DNA from: the human T2T-CHM13v2.0 reference genome, Homo sapiens
NCBI RefSeq assembly: GCF_009914755.1
Contig: NC_060932.1
DNA length: 64,000 nucleotides
Reading direction: 5' to 3' (one strand)
Of this stretch, positions 45,934 to 64,000 are shown piece after piece (position 1 is the stretch's first letter; the number at the start of each line of letters is the position of its first letter). The notes beneath the pieces were generated by a model that searched no databases, had not been told where the DNA came from, and saw only the letters and a program-made list of their open reading frames with translations. A program made the position numbers and the translations under genes.

Positions 45934-47272
45934 CCCACATATTTATGAAAATGCCACCCCGGGAGTTGCACAGTATATAGTCTATATGGAAATAAGCAGT
46001 TGCTCTGGTTTTGGGGTTATCCTGGGGTGCTCTGGAACTGGGAGGAACTTTATTTCTGGCCATTAGAGGCCCTGAGCATGATATTGAGTATCCTTTCAAG
46101 AAAGGAGAAATGTTGAACAGAGAGGACCTCATTTTTATAACTCTTGACCATCATCTAGTTACGGAGCATCCACTTTTCACCCCTGGGCCATAACCATTTG
46201 ACGCATGAAAAATCATCAAATTATAATATCATGGCTTATACTTTTGATAGCTTCTGCCCGGAACATGGCGGTAAGAGCTTCTCATTTTCAATTGATTCAT
46301 TGGGGGAGAAAATATACACGGCTGTCCTAAGACTTTCTATGACACACAATTTGCTTGACGGGATTTCTTTAGTTTCTGCAGCATAACTTATTCTAACTGG
46401 TCCTCAATCACTTTGCAATAAAACCTGAGATTGTGAAGATGTTCATTGTCATTACCAGTGACGGAGCAGTAAGTACAGAGTTCTGGAGAGGGAAGGAATC
46501 GAGAGAGTTAAACTAGCAGAATGAGCCGCTCACCCTCAGAATTGCTTTTAGTCTTGGTGAGAACTGAGGGGAATTTTGACAGGGTTCAGGGGGACTGCGG
46601 GGAGTGGGGCTGGGAGGTGGCTGTTTGCACATGTGGTCAGCAAATCCAGTGAGGCGGTCCATGTACTGTGGGCAGCCCCATAGATGGAGTTGGGATTGCC
46701 CTGGACTGAGTACTGTGTCATCAGTACTCAAGACATCAAGGCCCAGGCTGGTGCAGGAGACACATTGCACTGTGTCAGCCTTTCTTCTATCGCTCCTCTC
46801 CAAAGATAGTTCCTGATTTTCCGCTGAGGAGTCACTAGTCCCCAACGGCATGTGTGCCACTGGCCATTCCCCACCCTGATCTGGATCTGGGGCATGTGGT
46901 CCCAGCCTGGATGCCAGTGTCCTTCCACCACCCTGGCCACAGTGATTGGGTCTGAGAAGCAGATTAGCCAAAGGAGAGACAATCTTGGAAATTTCATGTT
47001 CATGCTTAAGAAAGTAAAATGGAAAGCGGGGGGAGGGTGAGGGGGTCATTCTGATGATATAGTTTTAGGACCTGGATGTAGCCACACCTGTAGCTGTCAC
47101 CTCTGTGCTATAGTACTGCTTTTTTTTTTCCTTCAAATTTAAATACTTTCTAAAGGCAAGGTCTTGCTATGTTGCTTAGGCTGGTTTTGAAAACTCCCTT
47201 TTGGGGGGATGCTTTCACTGCTTCACTTCCTTTCTATGAGAGCTCACGGAATCAGAAGACAAAGGAGATGAC

Positions 47273-47567
47273 TTTTTTTTTTTTTTTTTTTGAGACAGGG
47301 CTTGCTCTATTGCCCAGGCTGGAGTGCAGTGGTGCAATCACAGCTCGCCACAGCCTTGATCTTCTGGACTCAAGCGACCCTCCTGCTTCAGCCTCCTGAG
47401 TAGCTGGGACTGTAGGCCGCTACCCCCATGCCCAGCTAATTATTATTATTATTTTTTCTTTAGAAATGAGATCTCACTATGTCACCCAGGCTGGCCTCAA
47501 ACTCCTGGGCTCAAGTGATCGTCCTGCCTTAGCTTCCCAAACTTACAGGTGTGAGCCCCCACACCAG
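47273..47567 (-). mobile_element. AluJ
   Basis: Alu reverse complement; further Alu fragments at ~47120-47190 and ~47610-47680. Confidence 0.88.
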
Positions 47568-47748
47568 TCAACGCTGTGGTCTTATGCACCTGGTGTCCCC
47601 TATGCCCTGAGCAATGATCCTCCTGCTTCAAACTCCGAAAGTGCTGGGATAACAGATGTGAAGCAGCATGTGTGGCCCACATAGTATTCTTATGGGTTAA
47701 ATTGAGTCCTCCTCAAAACATGTTGAAATCCTAAATTCTAGTAGCTCA

Positions 47749-48216
<468 letters not shown>

Positions 48217-48597
48217 TAGGGTTATTGCAGACGCTATTGATTAGGATGAAGTCATCTTGGAGTAGGGAGGGCCCTAAGTCAACGACTGGTGTCCTTATAA
48301 AAGACGAGAGGACACGCCGAGTCACAGAGACACAGGGAAGGCGTCCATGGATTGGCCGGAAGATTGGACTGATGCGTATGCAAACCAAGAAACACTGAAG
48401 ACTGCCAGGAGACCACAGGAAGGTAGGAAGAGGCAAGGCAGGACTCCCCGACAATCGCAGGAGGGAGCGTGGCCCTGCTGGCACTTCCATTTCAGACTGC
48501 TGGCCACCAGAGCCACAAGACAATCAGTTTCTCTGGTTTCAAGTCACGCAGCTTTTGGTACTTGGTTGTGGCAGCCCTAGGGAATGAACATAAGTAC

Positions 48598-48900
48598 TTT
48601 CTTTTTTTTTTCTTTTTTTGAGACGGAGTCTCGCTCTGTTGCCCAGGCTGGAGTGCAGTGGCGCGATCTCGGCTCACTGCAATCTCCGCCTCCTGGGTTC
48701 ACGCCATTCTCCTGCCTCAGCCTCCTGAGTAGCTGGGACTACAGGCACCGGCCACCACGCCCAGCTAATTTTTTGTATTTTTAATAGAGACAAGGTTTCG
48801 CCGTGTTAGCCAGGATGGTCTCCATCTCCTGACCTCGTGATCCGCCTGCCTCAGCCTCCCAAAGTGCTGGGATTACAGGCGTGAACCACCACGTCCGGCC
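48598..48900 (-). mobile_element. AluY
   Basis: Low-divergence Alu reverse complement; TSD aagtacttt. Confidence 0.94.
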
Positions 48901-49179
48901 GAATACAAGTACTTTTAAATTAACTCTCCTCTTCTCTCCATCTTCTTCTAAATCATCATTTTTGCCTAAGCAACAGCTAGGGTCTAATACAGATGTGACG
49001 ACTCACTTCAAAGTGGGGGAAGCCCCCATGTGCACCCAAACCTCCTGCTGCCTTGGCCCAGGGTTCAGAGACTGGACCATCATTCTGGAGGCTTGCTGGA
49101 GATCTGAGCCAGGGCATCATTCTCTGTTGCCTTTAAACAAAGGCTGGTGCTCGCCCAGGCTCGTGAGCTCCACCGAGGA

Positions 49180-50513
<1,334 letters not shown>

Positions 50514-50811
50514 TAGGTGGGAAGAGGAAAAGTGTCTTGAAGGAAGTAAGTCCCTTCAGATAAGGGAGGGAGAAGCTTGATCAATATGCAGACTTTCACA
50601 GTCCTTCAGTCCTGGGGATACTGGTGGAGAGACAGGTCTTGCCTTATATTTGAGAGTTACCATCCCAGGCAGAGGCCCTACTTCCACCTTCTTGCAGGTG
50701 GGGCTGGGGAGCAAATACTTAGAGGAGAAACGAACACCCTTTGTAAGCATGTGAAAAGTTTCTGGAGTAGAGAGATGATGAAGCAGGATATTGGGAGTCA
50801 ACAGCCGAAGT

Positions 50812-55720
<4,909 letters not shown>

Positions 55721-55724
55721 GGCT

Positions 55725-56370
55725 ATTATGATTCTTACACAGAGTCCTTTGCTTTCCAGCAGCCTCCTCTTCCTCCTTTTTAGGTTGGAATCCCTCTATT
55801 TTAGTGGCCATTGGGATTCTGAAATGACCAGGTCTTTGTCTCAGAGACCTCACACATGCTCTTCCCTCGCCTGGAACACTTTTCCTTCCTCTGGTCCCCT
55901 GAGATCTCTTTCAGCTCAACTGCCCCATGCTCAGAGACCCCCTTTCTCCCTCTCTAGTTTGAAACCAGTTTACGCCTGTAGTCTGTGCCTGGAAAACTCG
56001 TTTTCCTCCTTGATGCCTCCTGAGTTGTTACAGGATGTATGTGCCTGTTTGGGTGTCTGGTGTCTGTCTCCCCGACTGGACTGTATGCTCCTGGTGAGCT
56101 GGAGGGACTGGACTAGCACAGGCCAAGGCCCTGGGGCTTGAGGGAGCAGGGCAGAAGGCACAGGCAAAGGCCTTTGTGATCCGGAAGGAAGTGAAGGAGA
56201 GGGAGAGAGATGAGAGAGGCTGGCAGAAGATAGGCCAGGGGCCAGGCTGTGTGGGATCTTTTGGGCCACAGAAAGACATTTGAATTCTTATGTAAGAGAA
56301 CCAAGACACCATTGGAAGGTATGAGTCACCTCATCTAACTGAGCTCTGTAAATGTCAGTGTTTTATTATT
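55725..56370. mobile_element. Degenerate L2 fragments
   Basis: gcctggaacacttttcc...tcagagacccc...gactgtatgctcc; ggccacagaaagacatttgaattctta. Confidence 0.55.
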
Positions 56371-56404
56371 TTTATACAATTATTTAAAAGTGATTTTAGT
56401 TATT

Positions 56405-57030
<626 letters not shown>

Positions 57031-57139
57031 GCAACCTCAACCTCCCTAGAGCTGACCGAGCTTTTGCTTCTTATCACAGGGAATGACGGACGCTGGGGAT
57101 TTGATGGGCATCGGGTGAAATGGGCAGAGTGGCGCTTAC

Positions 57140-57403
57140 CTGTGATGGCAGTGAAGTGGGACGGGGAGGTCATTGTCACAAGGGGCGGCATGAGGTACTT
57201 GACCTTGACGCCCTCCCTGGCCAGATGGTCCAGGTTGGGGGTGTTCACATCCTGATCCTAGTCCCAGCGGAAGCCCTGGAAGGAGATCAGCAGCAGTTGT
57301 GAGTGCTCTTCTTCCCTGCGAGGGGGTGGCCGCCCAGCAGGACAGGCGGTGGCAGCAGCAGCTGGAGGGCGCCGAGTCATGTCATCCCACAAGCACCTGT
57401 CAT
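57140..57403 (-). pseudogene. ENPP7-like pseudogene, exon 1 (signal peptide plus N-terminal catalytic segment)
   Basis: Minus strand reads MTGACGMT*LGALQLLLPPPVLLGGHPL, then a 1-nt frameshift, then EEHSQLLLISFQGFRWD*DQDVNTPNLDHLAREGVKVKYLMPPLVTMTSPSHFTAITG. This matches ENPP7 (LLLVSFDGFRWNYDQDVDTPNLD...VTMTSPCHFTLVTG). It ends at a phase-1 donor AG|GTAAGC at 57140/57139. Stops at 57379-57377 and 57260-57258. Confidence 0.93.
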
Positions 57404-57673
57404 GCACTCCTCACAGAGTTCATGGGCTTCTCCCTCTTTAGTCCGTTGTTAAACAAAGTCCGCATTAGTAATTCAGCCCAGCTCTGTTGTGGGACAAACA
57501 ACCTGGAGTGTAGCAAGGTGCTGCATATTTGCAGGACAGTATGAAAGCGTTCTGGAGATGGATGGGGGACATGGCTGTACAATGTGGGGGATGCACTTAA
57601 TACCACTGAATTTTTCCTTTGAAAATGGCTAAAATAATAGATTTTGTATGTATTTTACCACAGTAAAAAATCA

Positions 57674-58094
<421 letters not shown>

Positions 58095-58146
58095 TTATAG
58101 GGAGAGCAAATTATTGTTCACCAGCACTATTAAAATAGCTACAACA

Positions 58147-58457
58147 GGATGGGCATGGTGGCTGACACCTGTAATCCCAGCACTTTGGGAAGCTGAGGTG
58201 GGAGGATCGCTTGAGCCCAGGAGTTCGAGATGCCAGCCTGGGCAACATGGTGAGACCCTGCCACTACCAAAAAATATAACAACAACAACACAAATAGCTA
58301 GGTGTGATTGTGTGCATCTGTAGTCCCAGCTACTTGAGAGGCTGAGGTGGGAGGATCACTTGTGCCCAGGAGGTTGAGGCTGTAGTAAGCCATGATTATG
58401 CCACTGTACTCAGCCTGGGTGACAGAGTGAGACCCTGTATGGAAAAAGAAATAAAAA
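58147..58457 (+). mobile_element. AluJ
   Basis: Alu forward. Confidence 0.9.
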
Positions 58458-58624
58458 GCTGCAGTGGAGTCATTGATCATGAGGCCAGGCACTGTATACA
58501 TGTACATCATCTCATTTAATTTTTTCTCTTGTTTAAAATTATTTTTTCCTCTAATCCCCATGTTGATCGACATTTTTTTCAATCCTAGGAATTAGTTGAA
58601 AATTTTGCATAAGAATTGAAAATT

Positions 58625-58918
58625 GCCTGGCCTGATGTCTTACACCTGTTATCCCAGCACTTTGGGAGGCTGAGATGAGAGAATCACTTGAAGCCAGGAG
58701 TTTGGGCCAATCTGGGCAATATACTGAGAATGCAACTCTATAAAAAAATTTAAAAAGCTGGGTGTGGTAGCGTTCACCTGTAGTCCCAGCTACTTGGAAG
58801 ACTAGGTGGGAGGATTGCTTGAGTCCAGGCGGTAAAGGCAGCAGTGAGCTATGACTGTGACATTGCACTGCAGCCTGGGTGACGGAGTGAGACTCTATCT
58901 CTAAAATAAATGAATAAA
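58625..58918 (+). mobile_element. AluJ
   Basis: Alu forward. Confidence 0.88.
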
Positions 58919-58919
58919 A

Positions 58920-59262
58920 TTGTGGTATAATATATGCAACATTTATCATTTTGTGCATCTGAAAGTGTACAATTCAGGGACATTTTGTACATCTATCATG
59001 TTGTGCAATTATCACCACTACCTAGTTTCAGGGCTTTTTCAACACCTCAGTTGGAAGCCTCATATCCATTCAGCAGTCACTCTGCATACTCCCTCCTGCA
59101 GCCGTTGGAAACCTCTCATCTACTTTCTATCTCTGTCGATTGGCTTAGTCTGAACATTGCATATAAATGGAATTCTACAATATATGACCTTTCATGTCTG
59201 CTTCTTTCACTGACCCTAACGTTCATCCATATCACAACATGGATAAGTTTTATTTTCTTTTT
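58920..59262 (-). mobile_element. Old L1M (L1MB-like) 3' fragment
   Basis: aagtgtacaattcag...atgttgtgcaa...tctactttctatctctg...atataaatggaat. Confidence 0.75.
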
Positions 59263-59869
59263 AGACCCTATCTAGAAAGAAAAAAAAAATTTGTAAAACA
59301 AAAATAAAAACAAAAAAATATATAGGATGGAGATCAGATGAGTCCTGAAAAGTTTATAATATTTACTATCTAGCACTTTACATAGAAGCTTGCCTACCTC
59401 TGAAAGATAGGCAGGTACAGAGATGACATTTATCTTGACACTTATAGAAAGACCTATAAATTGTATAAAGACATCATCATTGGATCTCCAGTAACAAGAA
59501 CTGGCAAGACATGACAGTGTGTCCAGGTGTTCAGGTGAAGTGTAGGGAAGGTCTTGTCTTGACGAGGTCGGATGTGAGACCCAGATGAGATAACCCCATT
59601 TCCCCTGCTGAAATTGCCTGAGAATTTCATTCCAGTTATTTGCGTAGTTTGATTCTTTCGGTGGGGGTGGGGGTGGGTGAGGAGGTGGGTGAGGAGGCCG
59701 AAGGTCATATCTCAGCTCTGCAACTCATTATCTATGATGCCTTGGGGCAGGTCCCATAACTCTCCAAGCCTCTGTTATATATTCCATAGGGTTGTGAGGT
59801 TCAGATGAAATAATGCATGCTGGCAGGAATGGTTACTGCTCATGGGATTTCCATCTGCTCCCTGTATTC

Positions 59870-60195
59870 CCCAGACCCCCGTAGTTAGATGGATCCATGC
59901 CAGGGTCCAATGCTCTATAAGTGGAAGTCACTGACATCACCTCTAGTCTACAGCTTTTGAGGGCTTGGAAATAACTATCTCATTCTCTCATCTCCTGGTG
60001 CAGTAACTAGGGGAGAATCCTTACATTAAGATGGTAGAATTTCCATCATTCTAGGTCTTTGAGTGGCCATATGGAGCACACCATACCCAGCCAACCCATT
60101 GTGGACATGGAATGTAAGAAATCAACCTTGGTTGCTAAGCTGCTGAGACTCTGGGGTTAATTTGTTACTGCAGCATAACCTAGTCCATCCTGATG
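59870..60195. mobile_element. Old MLT1 LTR fragment
   Basis: aagctgctgagactctggggttaatttgttactgcagcataacctagtccatcctgat. Confidence 0.65.
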
Positions 60196-60954
60196 CATGT
60201 AGCATGCAAACCACTTATGTTGACCCTTAGTCATGGTCAGTGCTCCACAGATGTTGGTTACTTTTGGTAGGAAGATAGATTGCCTCTGAAAGTTTTGTTA
60301 GCTGATCTCATGATGCCAATGTTGCTATTTTGTAATTGGATAAATTGGACTTGGCTCTCTTTCCAGCATGTGGGAGAGAAAGATGACTGAGAGACAATAA
60401 GGCACTATTATCTTCAGTTTCTGTCCTTGGATACCCTTGGTGGCAATGAACAATGCATGCCCCTCTGAGAAAGCTGGACCTAAAGGAGAATGGGAGGTGA
60501 TACCAGAATTGGGAAAGTCCAAGGCCCCAGGCATTCCCTGGTCTGGAGACAACTTTGAGTCCTTGGTGGGAAGATTCTCCAAGGGAACATAAATGCTTCT
60601 ACTATCTAGTTTGTCTCTTTGAGAATTAAAACTTTTTTTTTTTTCATTCCAGTAGCTTTTGGGGTACAGTTTGGCTCTTTGAGAATTGCATACTAATTAA
60701 TTTTAGGGGCCATCTGTACACATCTCTATATTCCTGAAACATGGTAGAAACAGCCAGCAGTCAGGCGACAATCTACGATGACCACTAAAATATCCCCAAA
60801 GTGAAACACTAGATGTGATCCACTAGGTTTAGTGGAGGTGGCTGGCTCGAGAGTTGATTATATTTATTATTGTCACTGTGGTGATTATGGCCACAACATT
60901 GTCATGCGTGTTGGTCTTCTTTTGGTGAGTTTCAGTTTGGAAGGAATAAATCCA

Positions 60955-61266
<312 letters not shown>

Positions 61267-61922
61267 TAATACTCCACCATGACACGCAGGCTTGTGGGTC
61301 CCAGAGATCCAGAAGCATCTCCCGACCACAACATCCTGACCCAGATTCTACTGAAAAATACGCGAGTCTAGGAGAGCCATCTCTGACACTTCCCTTCTTT
61401 TGAACGGCTGATCTGTCAGTGCTGGGGAGCCCTTATGAAAGTGCAGTGTGTTTTGTGAAACTTGAGGTTGATCAAAGAATACCACTTTGTTAAGAAATCT
61501 ACATATTGATGACATATGCAGTGGGGTGGAGGTGGGGAAATTCCCAAATACATTTTAGGAATTATCTCAGAAGGAGGTAATAGTCAGAACTCTTGGTTGT
61601 CAGTGACAGAAACTCATCTTACTAGTGTGGAGTGGAAAAGGGATCATGTTTTTCTCTGCACTCCCCAACCCCAACCCCAAGCAGATCCTGAAAGAGGGAC
61701 AGGATTGCAAGTGGATTATTTAGGAGATGATTCCAGGGGACACCAATAGGGGAGTGAGGAATTGATTCATGGAAAGGTAGGAGGCCACACAGGGGGCTTC
61801 AATGAGCAGCTTACCACTCTAGGCAACTAGGATTTGACCCCACTGGGGACCTCTGAGAGGTGATGTGGAATACATTTCAAAGTTGTTCCATCCAGGGGGC
61901 AAAGATATTGAAGCATTTATAG

Positions 61923-62288
<366 letters not shown>

Positions 62289-62868
62289 TTCTGTGGCTTT
62301 TCTGACATACTCCATGCCTGACTTTCAGAAAGCCCTCAGGTGAAAGTCTTGGTTGTATGCAGTATCGAGCATGTACTAAAATGACAAAAACCAAGGGGCT
62401 TACCACAAGATCTCTCTCTCTATCTCTGTCTCTAGCTTTGTCTGCATACTGGCTTAATTTCTTCTTACTCAAGCCTTTTCTCCATAAGGTGAGAAACGTG
62501 TCCACAAAAGCTCCTGTATTTCTCACTACACACAATTCCTGTCATCACAGAGAATGATTAACTTGGTCTAGTTCCAGTTTGGAAAAATATTCAAGGGAAG
62601 AATTCTGATTGGCCAATTTAGGCCAGATGCTCATCCCTGGACCAATCAACTGAGGCCAGGGAGGTGGAGTCATTTGAGAACATGGCAGCCCCCATGAGAT
62701 CCACATGACTGGAGTAGGAAGTGTGACTCTCTATAGAGGGGAGGGCTGCTAGGCTGAAAAGGCAATAGATGTCTGCAGTGAAAGGAATAGATCAGGAGAT
62801 ACATTCTGTTAAACCTGTTAATTATTTGAAAAAAAGAGAAACTTTCAATATACTGTCACAGTATACGT

Positions 62869-63121
62869 GAGCCGGTGGCTCACGCCTATAATCCCAGCAC
62901 TTTGAGAGGCTGAGGTGGGCAGATCAGAGGTCAGGAGTTCGAGACCAACCTGACCAACATGGTGAAACCCCGTCTTGTGCACCTGTAATCCCAGCTACTC
63001 AGGAGGCTGAGGCAGGAGAATTGCTTGAACCAGGGAGGGGGAGGTTGCATGAGCTGAGATCATGCCACTGCCCTCCAGCCTGGGCAACAGAGTGAGACTC
63101 CTCAAAAAAAAAAAAAAAAAA
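62869..63121 (+). mobile_element. AluS with linker deletion
   Basis: ccccgtct|tgtgcacctgtaatccc join. Confidence 0.85.
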
Positions 63122-63404
63122 GTTACATTGTCGTTCCCCCAGCGTGATTTATCAGAAAGGAAAAACTTACAATATGCATATTTCCTATGCATAGGCTACT
63201 GCTATGAATTGAAATTCTTAAATTCCAAAGATTAATTAAAATGTTTCTCAAGACACATAAACTGTTAGAATCTGCTTATAATGAGGCTGAAGTTGAGTAA
63301 GAAGAGAACTGGCATTTAGGACGCTACTTTTCTTCTGTCGAGTACTGTCAAGTTTTGGTTCTGCCTGGAAGTAGATGCACCTCAAGGGAGGGTTGCATGT
63401 AAAG

Positions 63405-63406
<2 letters not shown>

Positions 63407-63441
<35 letters not shown>
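63407..63441 (+). repeat. (GT)n microsatellite
   Basis: ~17 perfect GT units. Confidence 0.95.
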
Positions 63442-63442
<1 letters not shown>

Positions 63443-63610
63443 TAGTTTCCAAAGATGGGTACAACTTTCTGCAAATGTTCGTGCAGTATAATTGAACCAA
63501 TCTTTCCTTAAAGAGGGAAAATTTATACTCCTCTACATGAATCTGGGCTGCCTATGACTTGCTTTGGTCAGTGGAATGCTGCCAAATTGATGGTGACCAA
63601 CTTCTAGCCG

Positions 63611-64000
<390 letters not shown>

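Overview
This is primate (human or great-ape) non-coding genomic DNA, rich in repeats, with no intact cellular protein-coding gene. Its backbone is a dead ENPP7-like gene (alkaline sphingomyelinase family) on the minus strand, with exon 1 at ~57140-57403 and exon 2 at ~4693-4840. The ~52 kb intron between them holds several large retroelements. (i) An old full-length HERV-K(HML-2) type-2 provirus with LTR5A-type LTRs (4938-14458) has broken gag/pro/pol/env but an open, spliceable 105-codon rec frame. (ii) A nested stack: an MLT1 LTR split by a HERV-H provirus (27785-42925), which itself contains a MER11 solo LTR and a HERV-E provirus. The HERV-E lacks its whole 5' LTR yet is flanked by a perfect 4-bp duplication, and it shows many Trp-to-stop G>A changes. 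(iii) An internally deleted L1PA. (iv) Dozens of Alu, MIR, MLT, MER and LTR1 copies. All the large elements lie in sense with the pseudogene. The combination suggests the multi-copy ENPP7P/FAM86/ALG1L segmental-duplication family (inference from recalled knowledge). Family names come from recalled consensus sequences rather than a search, and Alu/MLT/MIR boundaries are approximate (about +/-10 bp).
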